Positions 38,782 to 48,363 of a DNA stretch of 64,000 bases are shown here, in pieces; the first letter of the stretch is position 1; the number at the start of each line of letters is the position of its first letter. The notes below the pieces were generated by a model that saw only the letters and a list, made by a program, of their open reading frames with translations, had not been told where the DNA came from and ran no database searches. The position numbers and the translations under genes were made by a program. The stretch comes from Fimbriimonadales bacterium. GTDB taxonomy: Bacteria; Armatimonadota; Fimbriimonadia; Fimbriimonadales; GBS-DC. Location: the NCBI GenBank assembly GCA_026003075.1, contig BPGO01000003.1:150025-214024 (forward strand), written 5' to 3'.

Positions 38782-41528
38782 TAGTAGCGTCGCTTGCGCT
38801 TGCCGGAGTGGGGCGCGGGGCGTTTCTTCCGAGTTGTCGTATCGCTCCCTGCCGCCACTGGCGCGCCCTCTGAAGGCGTCTCACTGCTCGGCGCCACAGG
38901 CTTGGTGGGAATCGCTGTCGCCTTCATCGCCTCGACCTGACGCTGGTGCAACTTCTCGCGGGCATCTTGCCAGCTGACCATAAGCTGGCTTGCGATGAAA
39001 ATCGACGAATAAGTGCCCGCCACGACGCCGATCAGCATCACCACATAGAAAAAGCGCAGGTCTTGCGTCACCGCGCCCCAAATCACCAGCGCGATGAGCA
39101 CAATCAGCACCGTCAAGCTGGTGTTGATGGATCGGGCGAGCGTCTGATTCAGGCTGCGATTCACAATCGTGGCGAAGGTCTCACCCCGTGCCCGATGACG
39201 CAAATTCTCACGCACGCGGTCGTACACCACAATTGTATCGTTGATCGAGAAACCGACCAGAGTCAGAAGCGCTGTGATGAACAGGGCGTTAATCTCCCAA
39301 CCGAGCAGGTGGCCCAGCACTGCGGCGCCTCCTACCATAATCAGCACATCGTGCGCTAATGCAATCGTGGCGGCGATGCCGAACTTGAAGCCGCTCCAGC
39401 CGCCTTCGATAGAGAAGCGCAGCGCGATGTAGAGCAAGATTGCAAGCAGCGCGACGATGACGGCAGTCACGGCGCGTCTTACGGTCTCCTCGCGCACGCG
39501 CGGGCTAACGCTGGAGAAGCTCACCACTTGCAAATCGCCGAGTGGCTTGAGCGCGTCCACAATCTTCTGCTGGCTATCGGCGTCCGCATCGGCGACATGC
39601 ACAATCAACTGGCGGTTGCCCTCCGCAAACAGTGCGCCCACCTTCGTGAAGCCCGCCTGACGCAGCAGGTTCAGCACCTGTGCGAGGTCTGCCTCAATGG
39701 GGGGCAACTGCGAGACAGAAATGCTGGGTGCTTTCGGCTGCTGTGGCTGTGCATGCTGCTTTGGCGCTTCTCCCGTAGGCTGGTTGCCTTGCTCGGGTTT
39801 GGGTTGGTTGGAGGACTCACCGGATGGACTACCTTGTTCTGAATTCTGCGGAGCTTGCCCTTCTGTGGGTGGATTCGTTTGTCCTGTAGGCTGTGTCTGC
39901 TCCGAAGCCGCCGGACTGCTTTGGGCATCACTTGGTGGGGTGAGCGTTGCCTTCGGCGGTAGTGTCGCGCTGGCAACACGCTTCTGCAGCACCAGTTCAC
40001 TACCCCCTTCGAAGTCGATGCCCGGCTTCAAACCGCCCAAGCCCAGCCAGAACACCAAACCGATGAGAATCGCAACGCCACTAATCGCGTAGTACAACCC
40101 ACGCTTGTTCACGAAGTCGAAGCGGTCTTTCGCTGCGCCGAGCTGCTCGCCCACCTCCTGACCGAACTGGCGGCGCAGCCCAAACAGCCGCTCGCTGGGA
40201 TGGACGCCAATTCCGACCAGCATGTACAGGAAGGTGCGCGTGCAAACAATCGCCGTGAAGAAGCTAATCGCTACGCCGATGCCCAGCGTCGTTGCGAAGC
40301 CCTGTACTGGACCTGTGCCGAAGTAGTACAGGATGAGACAGATGATAATCGTACTCAGATTCGAGTCGAAAATCGCGGGGAAGGCGCGTTTGAACGCGGC
40401 ATCGAGGCTGGCAAGTAGTGTTTTGCCAAGGCGCAACTCCTCTTTCAGGCGTTCGAAGATAAGGATGTTCGCGTCGATTGCCATGCCAATCGACAGGATA
40501 ATGCCTGCGATCGCGGGCAGCGAGAAGGTGACGCCTGTCGATTTGAAAATCGCCGTGGCGAACAACACATAGAGCGCAAGCGCAATCACCGAGATAATAC
40601 CCGGCAGCAGGTAATACAGCATCATAAACACGGCAATCGCGGCAAAACCAATCACACCTGCCTGAATGATTCGATCCCACGCTTGCGCCCCCAGTATCGC
40701 CTCCACGCGGTTGATGCTCTCCAGCGATAGGCTTACGGGCAACGCACCTGCGTTTAGCAGGTCACGCAGTCGTGCCGCCTCTTTGAGCGTGAAGTTACCC
40801 TGAATCACAGGCTCACGGAGATTGGGCGACTGAATCACCGGCGCGGAGATAATCTTATTGTCCAGCAGAATGGCGATATGCTCTTTGAGATACAGCGACG
40901 AGGCGCGGGCGAATTTGTCCTGCCCCTCGCGGTCGAAAATCAGCAACACTTCGGGCGAGAACGCCTGACGAGTCACCTCCGCACGCCGCAGATTATCGCC
41001 CGTCACAATCAACGGCGACGACTCGATAATTTTCTGATATTCTGGTGTGCCTGGCTCAATCAGTTTCCCTTCGGGGCTGGTCAAGTCGCGGAACTTGATG
41101 ACCTCCTCGTCGCCTTCCTTGTCAATCACGAGTTCATAGCGTCCGAGGGGCTGTTTCTCAGTGCGCACATCCTTGAGATAGCGGAACTCAAGCCGCGCGG
41201 TGGTTTGCAAGAGTTCGCGCGCCTCTTGTTCGTCTGTGAAGCCAGGCAACTCGATAACAATTTCCGTATCCCCTTTTTGGTAAATGGTGGGTTCAATCAC
41301 ACCCAGCGAGTCGATGCGCCGGCTGAGGATGTCGATGACGGTGCGCATGCGCTCCGGCGTCCAGAGTTTTCGCTCCTCAGGCGAGAGTTTCTCAATTTCG
41401 GCGCGTAAGGTCATGCGCAGTCCACCTTGCACATCCAGCCCGCGCCGTGCGGGATACTTCCAGAACGCATAACCCGCTGCCGCTGCGAGCAAGACAATTA
41501 GAACCAGGTAAAGGAAGTGTCTAATCAC
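38781..41528 (-). CDS. secDF: Protein translocase subunit SecDF (fused)
   Basis: SecD N-terminus GLDVQGGLRMTL. SecD TM bundle (IGMAIDANILIFERLKEEL). SecF part (GIDFEGGSE...INDTIVVYDRVREN). GTG start 41528 with SD AGGAGG. Confidence 0.9.
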   Translation of the reverse strand: MIRHFLYLVLIVLLAAAAGYAFWKYPARRGLDVQGGLRMTLRAEIEKLSPEERKLWTPERMRTVIDILSRRIDSLGVIEPTIYQKGDTEIVIELPGFTDEQEARELLQTTARLEFRYLKDVRTEKQPLGRYELVIDKEGDEEVIKFRDLTSPEGKLIEPGTPEYQKIIESSPLIVTGDNLRRAEVTRQAFSPEVLLIFDREGQDKFARASSLYLKEHIAILLDNKIISAPVIQSPNLREPVIQGNFTLKEAARLRDLLNAGALPVSLSLESINRVEAILGAQAWDRIIQAGVIGFAAIAVFMMLYYLLPGIISVIALALYVLFATAIFKSTGVTFSLPAIAGIILSIGMAIDANILIFERLKEELRLGKTLLASLDAAFKRAFPAIFDSNLSTIIICLILYYFGTGPVQGFATTLGIGVAISFFTAIVCTRTFLYMLVGIGVHPSERLFGLRRQFGQEVGEQLGAAKDRFDFVNKRGLYYAISGVAILIGLVFWLGLGGLKPGIDFEGGSELVLQKRVASATLPPKATLTPPSDAQSSPAASEQTQPTGQTNPPTEGQAPQNSEQGSPSGESSNQPKPEQGNQPTGEAPKQHAQPQQPKAPSISVSQLPPIEADLAQVLNLLRQAGFTKVGALFAEGNRQLIVHVADADADSQQKIVDALKPLGDLQVVSFSSVSPRVREETVRRAVTAVIVALLAILLYIALRFSIEGGWSGFKFGIAATIALAHDVLIMVGGAAVLGHLLGWEINALFITALLTLVGFSINDTIVVYDRVRENLRHRARGETFATIVNRSLNQTLARSINTSLTVLIVLIALVIWGAVTQDLRFFYVVMLIGVVAGTYSSIFIASQLMVSWQDAREKLHQRQVEAMKATAIPTKPVAPSSETPSEGAPVAAGSDTTTRKKRPAPHSGKRKRRY

Positions 41529-41554
41529 GTTTCTTTCCTCCTGCTTGCGGGAGT

Positions 41555-41560
41555 ATTATA
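41555..41560 (-). promoter_or_regulatory. -10 box for the secDF-MFS unit
   Basis: Minus strand ACAGGTATAAT, 26 nt before GTG 41528, with SD AGGAGG. Confidence 0.55.
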
Positions 41561-41603
41561 CCTGTTGCAGGTGAATGCCGACCGAAGCGGAACACCGCGC
41601 GAG

Positions 41604-42755
41604 CTACAAAGTTCCCTGCAATGCGTCGATCACCCACTCGTGTGCCTCGCGCAGGTTTTGCCCTTCGCCTAATGCGTGACGGATTTCGGCAAACGCCTGG
41701 AGCTGCGCCGCACGGGGCGCATCATCGCGCAGTAAGTTAATCAAGGCGCGGGTCAGCGATTCGGGCGAAGCCGCCTCTTGAATGAATTCGGGGCAGACAT
41801 CACGCTGTAAAATCAGGTTGGGCAGCCCAATCCAGCGCAGTTGGAGACGGCGACGGCGCACGCGATATTCCAGATTCATCAGCCAGTCGCCTCGATACAC
41901 GATGATCATCGGCGTGTTCAGCAGCGCCGCTTCCAGCGTCGCTGTACCCGAACATACAATCGCAGCATCCGCATGCGCCAGCAGGTTCCACACAGAATGC
42001 TTCTCGGTGGGCGCCCACTGACGCGAGCCGTCCGCCCAGAGGGTATGGATCCAGTCGGGATCGAAGTGCGGCGCGACCGAAATCACGAACTGGGCTTCTG
42101 GCATAACACTGTAGATGCTGTCGGCGACGCGAGCATAGAGCGGCGTAAGGGCGCGCACCTCATGCCGACGACTACCAGGCAATAAGGCGATCACCGGGCG
42201 ACAGGGGTCTAAACCCAGCCGTTCGCAGAACGCCTCTTTCTCCACAGAGGGGCGCGCTAATCGAAGTAAAGGATGAGGCGCCCAGTAGGCGCGTGCCCCC
42301 ATCGCTTGGAGCCGTTCCGCCGACCACGCAAACGGTGTGATAATCCAATCGGTGCAGTGGGGAAGATCTGCGCCTTGGCGGTCGCGTCGCCAGCTGCCGG
42401 GCGGAATGTAATACAGCACCCGTAACCCCCAACGCTTCGCCCAATGGCAGAGGGGCACATTAAACGCCCCGAAATCGATGGGGATTACCAGATCGGGCTG
42501 GGTCGTGCGCAGGAACCGCTTCACGCGCTGGAACGCCCAGGCGACCTTCGGAGCGACTTTGAACGACTCCACAACGCCGATGGCTCCCCAAGCACGACTA
42601 TCGGCGATGAGGGTGATTCCCACTTCCGCCATGCGTGCTCCACCCACGCCGTAAATTTCTAATTCGGGGAAGCGGCTCTTGAGAGCCTGTACCAAATCCG
42701 CGCCGTAGAGGTCGCCCGACGCCTCGCCTGCGAGAATCGCTATCGAGCGTTTCAT
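41604..42755 (-). CDS. lpxB: Lipid-A-disaccharide synthase
   Basis: Start ATG 42755 overlapping the lpxA stop (ATGA): MKRSIAILAGEASGDLYGADLVQALKSRFPELEIYGVGGARMAEVG. The ORF-track 42908 start is an extension. Confidence 0.85.
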   Translation of the reverse strand: MKRSIAILAGEASGDLYGADLVQALKSRFPELEIYGVGGARMAEVGITLIADSRAWGAIGVVESFKVAPKVAWAFQRVKRFLRTTQPDLVIPIDFGAFNVPLCHWAKRWGLRVLYYIPPGSWRRDRQGADLPHCTDWIITPFAWSAERLQAMGARAYWAPHPLLRLARPSVEKEAFCERLGLDPCRPVIALLPGSRRHEVRALTPLYARVADSIYSVMPEAQFVISVAPHFDPDWIHTLWADGSRQWAPTEKHSVWNLLAHADAAIVCSGTATLEAALLNTPMIIVYRGDWLMNLEYRVRRRRLQLRWIGLPNLILQRDVCPEFIQEAASPESLTRALINLLRDDAPRAAQLQAFAEIRHALGEGQNLREAHEWVIDALQGTL

Positions 42756-43552
42756 TTGCGCGCGGGCTGATCCAGGGCGCGCCCGTTGCGCCCGTGTCGA
42801 ATCTGCTCCATAAACTCCAGTAGATGCTCCAGTTCCGTGGTCATTTCGAGCTCCGCTCGGATCTTCTCGATGGCTTGGCTCAGGTTCATTTCGGAGAAGA
42901 ACATCCATCGGCAGGCTTTGCGCAGAGCATCGCGCGATGCTTGGGGCACTCCCGCGCGGCGCAATCCCACCAGGTTCACCCCGCGCACTTCTGCGGGGCT
43001 GCCTTCGACAATCATAAACGGGGGCACATCGCGCACGATGCGCGACATACCGCCCACCATCGCGAGTTTGCCGATGCGTGTGAACTGGTGGATGCCTGCC
43101 ATCCCGCCGAGGTTCGCACCATCGCCCACCACGCAGTGCCCGCTTAACCCCACCGAGTTCGCCATCACCACGCCGTCGCCCACGATGCAGTTATGCCCGA
43201 TATGCACATACGCCATCAGGAAGTTGTTGTTGCCGATAACGGTCGCCTGTTCCTCGCCGCTGGCGCGGTGGATGGTGACATATTCACGGATCCAGTTATT
43301 GTCGCCGATTTTGAGATAGCTCCGCTCATGCTTGAACTTACGATCTTGTGGGGGTGCGCCCAGCACCGCCCCGTGATAGATGATATTGTTGCGTCCGATG
43401 GCGGTGTGCTCTTCGATAATCACCTGCGCCCCCAAAGTCGTACCAGCGCCGATGCGCACATGCGCGCCGATGATGCAATAGGGTCCTATCTCCACATCAT
43501 CGTCCAGTTCCGCAGTGGGATGCACAACAGCAGTTGGGTGAACCGTGGTCAT
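42752..43552 (-). CDS. lpxA: Acyl-ACP:UDP-N-acetylglucosamine O-acyltransferase
   Basis: MTTVHPTAVVHPTAELDDDVEIGPYCIIGAHVRIG hexapeptide repeats. ATG 43552 has GAGG upstream; GTG 43567 (GTGA overlap with the fabZ stop) is also possible. Confidence 0.88.
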   Translation of the reverse strand: MTTVHPTAVVHPTAELDDDVEIGPYCIIGAHVRIGAGTTLGAQVIIEEHTAIGRNNIIYHGAVLGAPPQDRKFKHERSYLKIGDNNWIREYVTIHRASGEEQATVIGNNNFLMAYVHIGHNCIVGDGVVMANSVGLSGHCVVGDGANLGGMAGIHQFTRIGKLAMVGGMSRIVRDVPPFMIVEGSPAEVRGVNLVGLRRAGVPQASRDALRKACRWMFFSEMNLSQAIEKIRAELEMTTELEHLLEFMEQIRHGRNGRALDQPARK

Positions 43553-43563
43553 GCGTGTTTGCC

Positions 43564-44058
43564 TCACGAGTTGTTTTGGTTTTGCAGCACGGTTTCGGGA
43601 GGCGGGCTGAGGAAGCGTTCTGGGTCGGGCAGCGCGAAGGTGATTTCCGCTTCGGCGGCGAGTTCACCATTCACCCGTGCCACCGCTTTCACGCGCCCCA
43701 CCTCGCGCCGCATCCAGAGCATCTCTACTTCCATAATCAGCGTGTCGCCGGGCACGACGGGGCGACGGAACCGCGCGTTTTCAATCCCGCCCAGCAATGC
43801 GACGCGGTGACGCATCTCAGGCTGCAGCATGACCATCACACCCCCGACTTGCGCCATCGCCTCCAGTATGAGCACCCCAGGCATAATCGCCTTCACTGGG
43901 AAATGCCCCTGAAAGAAACTCTCGTTGATGGTGACATTTTTCAGCCCGACAGCGCGCTTGCCCGGCTCGAGCTCTAAGATCCGATCCACCAGCAAAAACG
44001 GGTATCGGTGGGGAATCACCTGCCGTATTTGCTCTATGTCCAGCATAAACTCTGCCAT
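43564..44058 (-). CDS. fabZ: 3-hydroxyacyl-ACP dehydratase FabZ
   Basis: [40 protein letters not shown]. Confidence 0.9.
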   Translation of the reverse strand: MAEFMLDIEQIRQVIPHRYPFLLVDRILELEPGKRAVGLKNVTINESFFQGHFPVKAIMPGVLILEAMAQVGGVMVMLQPEMRHRVALLGGIENARFRRPVVPGDTLIMEVEMLWMRREVGRVKAVARVNGELAAEAEITFALPDPERFLSPPPETVLQNQNNS

Positions 44059-44060
44059 CC

Positions 44061-44915
44061 TCAGTCCTCCGTGCCGAATCGCTGCGCCAACGCCCGCGCC
44101 AGTTGCACATTCAGGGCGTGCCCCGGTTTGACCGCGACCAGCGTGAAGCGCGGCAGGTACACACCACTGAGATACAAATCGCCCAGCACATCCAGCAGTT
44201 TATGGCGCAGCGGCTCATCCTCGAAACGCGCAGGATTATGATACCCTGTTTCATCGATGACGAGCGCGTTTTCCAGTGCGCCGCCCCGCGCCAGACCCTG
44301 CCGTCGGAGCGCTTCGACCTCGCGTAGGAAGCCGAAGGTGCGCGCCGGTGCAATCTCGGTGAGCGCGTCCGCCCCAGGGAACGCCCCTGACTGCACGCCC
44401 AACGGCTCTGGGAAGTGGATATAACCAAAGAGCATGTTGCCCGAGAACGAGAGGGCAAGATAGCGATCGGCTTGACGGAGTTGGAGCGCGCCCTCACCCC
44501 ATGTTTCCACATTGGGGGCGGTAGGGGGCGAGTGGGGGCGAATCGCCTCCACGAACGGCAACGCGCTCCCGTCCAGAATTGGGATTTCGTTGCCCTGCAC
44601 CACCTCGATCACGCAGTGAGTAATCCCCGTCATCCAAAGCGCCGCCATCAGGTGTTCCACCGTGCCGATTTTTACAGCGCCGTCGCCCAGCACCGTGGCG
44701 CGGGTCGTGTCGACCACAAATTCCCAGCGTGCAGGAAACGCGTGTCTGCCTTTGCGGAGGGTAATTTGGCAGCAGACGGTGTGATTCCTCAAGGGGGCGC
44801 CCACCTCCCCGTGCGTGCAATCGGCAGGGTGGAGCCGGATTTGACATCGCTCTCCAGTGTGTAGTCCCACCCCTTCGAAGGTGAGCGTCTCGCGGAGTGT
44901 GTTAGCGGTTGCCAT
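44061..44915 (-). CDS. lpxC: UDP-3-O-acyl-N-acetylglucosamine deacetylase
   Basis: [22 protein letters not shown]...[42 protein letters not shown]...[12 protein letters not shown]. Confidence 0.85.
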   Translation of the reverse strand: MATANTLRETLTFEGVGLHTGERCQIRLHPADCTHGEVGAPLRNHTVCCQITLRKGRHAFPARWEFVVDTTRATVLGDGAVKIGTVEHLMAALWMTGITHCVIEVVQGNEIPILDGSALPFVEAIRPHSPPTAPNVETWGEGALQLRQADRYLALSFSGNMLFGYIHFPEPLGVQSGAFPGADALTEIAPARTFGFLREVEALRRQGLARGGALENALVIDETGYHNPARFEDEPLRHKLLDVLGDLYLSGVYLPRFTLVAVKPGHALNVQLARALAQRFGTED

Positions 44916-46203
44916 TCGGTGGGGACGCCTCCTCTTTCTCTTCGCGGGGGTAGAAGAACCCTTTGGCGCCTTCGGGCAGTTCGATCGTCTCCTTGCCTTC
45001 GGTCAAGGAGACGAGGGCAAGATGGGTCTCTACTCGGAGCCGTTCAGGTTCATCCACCACCACTTTCCCTTTCAGGGTAAGGCGTTCGGCTTTTTGGTCG
45101 TATTCGGCTTCGTCGGCGGTCAGGGTGCGTGTGCGTCCATCGGCGAGTTGCTGCACGGCTTTGACAGTGCCGCGCAGGTAGGCGACCTTCCGACGGTAGA
45201 AATACTCGATTTGGTCACAAGTGGCGTCGATGGGGTAGCGTTTCGCCTGTTCGATCTCGCTTTCCGATGCGCCTTCGGGTGGGGGTTGCGTTTCACGAGG
45301 TTTGATTCGCATCCGCACTTGGTTCTGCAGGAGAGCGCGTTTTTGGTCGTCGCCATACCAGATTTCCAGTTTCGCACCTTCGATATCGATTCGAGGGTCC
45401 TCGAGGCGTAGCTTGCCGGTGGCGAGCGCGTAGCGTTTGCGGTCGTAAACATCCGCGCGCTCTGCCGTGGCGATGGTATCGCCGTCTTTGAACCACAGCC
45501 CTTCCAGCTCCGAGTGGTCGCTGCGGAGGATGCTGCGCGTCGCTTTGAATTCCACTTGGCGTTTCGGTTGAGTTCCTTCTTGCAGGAGCGCGCTGCTGAC
45601 ACGAAACGCGCTTTGCTGCAGTTCTATCGCGCCGGACGCCAAGTCCCAGCGCAGGTTCTGAATGACGCCCTGCCCGTCTGACCAGTGTAGGTGCGTGGGT
45701 TGCTCGATTCGTATCTGTTGCTTGCGCAAGTCCCACTGCAGCCACGCGGTTTGCACGGTGAGCGGTGTGTCGCCCAGCGGATGGCGTCGGATCGTTAGGG
45801 TCGGATTACCCGCGATATGGAGGCGTTTCGCAGGGTAGTTATAGAGCACCTCATCGGCTCGCGCGGTACCAATAGGATTGGCGTGTTCGTCGTAGAGAAT
45901 CGCTCGATGGAGTCGTTTCGCTCGCCAGTGGACGCGATTGCGCTCGATCTCCAGCGCGTCAAACTGGAGAGTAGCGAGGAGGCGCTTTCCATCGCGTAAG
46001 GTGAGGGTCGGGCGTTCGAGGTAGAGTTCCAAGTGTTGCAATTCGGGCGGTACGGCAGCAAGGGTGCGCAGGAAGGGGTCTTGTCGGCGTAGGAGTTCCA
46101 CGCCCCACAATCCCGAAAGCGCAACAAGGAGCAGCGCGCCGAATTGGAGCAGAGGGCGCGTCCCGCGCGCCCTCTGAAAAACGACACGCTCAGGGGCAGA
46201 CAT
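44902..46203 (-). CDS. Membrane-anchored protein with repeated OstA/LptA-like segments (possible LptC/LptA-type LPS transport component)
   Basis: N-terminal TM LLQFGALLLVALSGLWGV. Recurrent beta-jellyroll-like segments (ADEVLYNYPAKRLHIAGNPTL; AERADVYDRKRYALATGKLRLE; ADEAEYDQKAERLTLKGKVVV). In an operon with lpxC. Start ATG 46203 preferred over 46281. Confidence 0.45.
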   Translation of the reverse strand: MSAPERVVFQRARGTRPLLQFGALLLVALSGLWGVELLRRQDPFLRTLAAVPPELQHLELYLERPTLTLRDGKRLLATLQFDALEIERNRVHWRAKRLHRAILYDEHANPIGTARADEVLYNYPAKRLHIAGNPTLTIRRHPLGDTPLTVQTAWLQWDLRKQQIRIEQPTHLHWSDGQGVIQNLRWDLASGAIELQQSAFRVSSALLQEGTQPKRQVEFKATRSILRSDHSELEGLWFKDGDTIATAERADVYDRKRYALATGKLRLEDPRIDIEGAKLEIWYGDDQKRALLQNQVRMRIKPRETQPPPEGASESEIEQAKRYPIDATCDQIEYFYRRKVAYLRGTVKAVQQLADGRTRTLTADEAEYDQKAERLTLKGKVVVDEPERLRVETHLALVSLTEGKETIELPEGAKGFFYPREEKEEASPPNGNR

Positions 46204-46768
46204 CGTCCACAGGCGGCGGCGGTATCTGCGGATTGTTCGGGAAGATTTCGATGGTGCCGAAATCGATGAGCTTCGGCGCACCGAACACGGTTCGTACTAA
46301 GCCTGCTTGATTCGAAGCCACCAGGCACGCGGCAGTCGTTGTCGCCGTGTTGGGCGTCTGGATGACGCGCTTATTGTTTTGCAGGTCGGTATGGCGTACG
46401 ATGGCGGTGTAGCCTGCGGGCGGTCGTACCCACAGCCCGCGGAAGAATAGGTTGTCGCCCACATTTCGCAGCATGAAATCGCCCGCTCGCGCATCGCTTT
46501 TGACGGCACGCGCGATGGTGAGCGCGATTTCGTTGGCGCTGCCTGTGGTCGTCGCGACCACGCGCTGGAGCGGAATCGCGCCCGTGTCGGTCATAAAATA
46601 CACCTCTGCGTTGGGGATCGGATTGCCTGTGGTCGGGTCAACTACCCGCACATAGGCGACTCGATCCGTAACGACAATCCCTGCGCCGCCGCCCCCACCG
46701 TTGCCACCACATCCATGCAACAGCACGGCAAGCGCTGCCAATCCCAGTCCTATTGATAGTCGTCTCAT
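46190..46768 (-). CDS. Hypothetical lipoprotein
   Basis: Signal peptide plus lipobox (LLHGC), Gly-rich linker, beta-rich domain. SD AGGAGG and a GGGTAGAAT promoter. First gene of the lpx transcription unit. Confidence 0.5.
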   Translation of the reverse strand: MRRLSIGLGLAALAVLLHGCGGNGGGGGAGIVVTDRVAYVRVVDPTTGNPIPNAEVYFMTDTGAIPLQRVVATTTGSANEIALTIARAVKSDARAGDFMLRNVGDNLFFRGLWVRPPAGYTAIVRHTDLQNNKRVIQTPNTATTTAACLVASNQAGLVRTVFGAPKLIDFGTIEIFPNNPQIPPPPVDDVCP

Positions 46769-46801
46769 GCGCTGAAAACGCCTCCTCTAATCGCCGTTGT
46801 A

Positions 46802-46807
46802 ATTCTA
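46802..46807 (-). promoter_or_regulatory. -10 box for the lipoprotein/OstA-like/lpxC-fabZ-lpxA-lpxB unit
   Basis: Minus strand GGGTAGAAT, overlapping the stop codon of the upstream gene, 33 nt before ATG 46768, with SD AGGAGG. Confidence 0.45.
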
Positions 46808-47728
46808 CCCATTAGACTGCTTTCCTGCCGAATTCGTTACGATGGGTGCGCTCCGTTCCTCCATTGGGCGGCGGGCGCGCCACGCGCGTACCAGTTGGTT
46901 CGGCTTCCATGGGGCGCGTAGAAAGAGCGTGCCAATACTAAACGCGCGCGCGCCCAGTTGCCAGAGTTCTTGCACATCCTCCAGTGTGTAGATACCGCCG
47001 CCTGCGATAATCGGCAGGCGTGTCGCCCGACGCAGGTTTTGGATGGCTTCGCGCACGAAGGGGCGTATCGGCTCTCCTGAAACACCGCCCCCACCCAGTC
47101 GCGCAAGCGGCGAAGGCGTGTCGGGGAACACGAACCGCCACGGTACGGCGTTGAGGGCGTGGATAGCTTCGGCGACACCCTCCAACGCCTGCGCGATGGC
47201 GACATAGGGCTGGTCGTAGCCTAATTTGACAATCAGCGGATGCCCCGATTCGCGCAACGCGTCGGCAATGGCATACACATGGTTCACCGTGTCCGCCTCG
47301 CAGTGCGCCACATTCGGGCAGGAAGCGTTGAGCTCGATGGCTGCAATGTATAGTGGGCGCAGTTTCGCTGCAAAGGCGTGCGCCTCGTCCACGCTTTCGG
47401 GGTACACCGAAACCACAATCTGCAGCCCCATGCGCCGCATGCGGGGATAGCAACGGCGCAGCCACCAGTCGATGCCTGGATTGGTCAGTCCCACGGCGTT
47501 CACGGTTCCCCCCGGTATCAAGCGCACACAGCGCCACGGCGCGTACCAGCGGAGGTTGCCCCGACGCGGGCGCAGCGTGAGCGTTTTGACGACTACCGTG
47601 AATTCGCGCGGGTTCAAAACGCCTACCCAGCGCAGAGGATATTCCCACCACCAGCCGCGCCCGTCAAAGCCCAGCGCGCCGCTGCCCGTCAGAAACTCCA
47701 CACGCTCGCCGTTGGAAAGGGTGATCAT
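46805..47728 (-). CDS. Dihydroorotate dehydrogenase family (class 1-like TIM barrel) protein
   Basis: AVGLTNPGIDWW, IELNASCPNV, GGGGVSGEPIRP, LPIIAGGGIYTLEDVQELWQLGARAFSIGT. The N-terminus is atypical, so the exact substrate is uncertain. Confidence 0.65.
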   Translation of the reverse strand: MITLSNGERVEFLTGSGALGFDGRGWWWEYPLRWVGVLNPREFTVVVKTLTLRPRRGNLRWYAPWRCVRLIPGGTVNAVGLTNPGIDWWLRRCYPRMRRMGLQIVVSVYPESVDEAHAFAAKLRPLYIAAIELNASCPNVAHCEADTVNHVYAIADALRESGHPLIVKLGYDQPYVAIAQALEGVAEAIHALNAVPWRFVFPDTPSPLARLGGGGVSGEPIRPFVREAIQNLRRATRLPIIAGGGIYTLEDVQELWQLGARAFSIGTLFLRAPWKPNQLVRAWRARRPMEERSAPIVTNSAGKQSNG

Positions 47729-47738
47729 ATGCGCTGGC

Positions 47739-48332
47739 TCACTCCCTCCCCACAGGCTGCAACACGGGTTGCACTTTCAAAAACGCTTGCACCACGCGCG
47801 GGTCGAACAGCGTGCCGGCGCCATGGTGAATCGCTTCGAGTGCCTGCTGCTCGGAGAGGGCAGGGCGATAAGGTGTTTCGGTGCGCATGCCATCAAACGC
47901 TTCCGCCACCGCCAGCACGCGCGCGGGCAGTGGGATTTGTTCCCCACGCCACCCGTGCGGGTAGCCCGTTCCGTCCCAACGCTCGTGGTGGCACTCAATC
48001 CAGAGCGAAAGCTCTTTGAAACGGTGGATTCGGCTAATCAGTAGCACACTCAGGCGGGGATGCTCTTGAATTTGGAGTTGCTGTTGGGAGGTCAAGGGCG
48101 CAACCGTGAGCAGTTCGTTGGGCAGCCCCAGCATCCCGATATCGTGGAGCGCCGCCGCCAGTCGCAGCCCGCGCAGCGTCGCCTTGCTTAGCCCCAACTC
48201 GCAGCCAATCGCAACCGCATAAGCCGCCACGCGCTCGCTATGTCCTTCAAGGTGGGGGTGCGCCAGTTCCAGCGCACGCACGAACGCTCGCACCACATCG
48301 TTCTCCATCCGTATGAGCTGGTCGCGTGTCAC
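47739..48332 (-). CDS. Stand-alone HD-GYP domain protein (putative c-di-GMP phosphodiesterase)
   Basis: GHSERVAAYAVAIG, AAALHDIGMLGLP, HHERWDGTGYPHGWRGEQIPLPARVLAVAEAFDGM. GTG start with SD AAGGAGG. Confidence 0.8.
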   Translation of the reverse strand: MTRDQLIRMENDVVRAFVRALELAHPHLEGHSERVAAYAVAIGCELGLSKATLRGLRLAAALHDIGMLGLPNELLTVAPLTSQQQLQIQEHPRLSVLLISRIHRFKELSLWIECHHERWDGTGYPHGWRGEQIPLPARVLAVAEAFDGMRTETPYRPALSEQQALEAIHHGAGTLFDPRVVQAFLKVQPVLQPVGRE

Positions 48333-48352
48333 TAAGACCTCCTTGTGGGGCG

Positions 48353-48358
48353 ATTATA
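48353..48358 (-). promoter_or_regulatory. -10 box for the HD-GYP gene
   Basis: Minus strand ACAGGTATAAT, 20 nt before GTG 48332, with SD AAGGAGG. Confidence 0.55.
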
Positions 48359-48363
48359 CCTGT

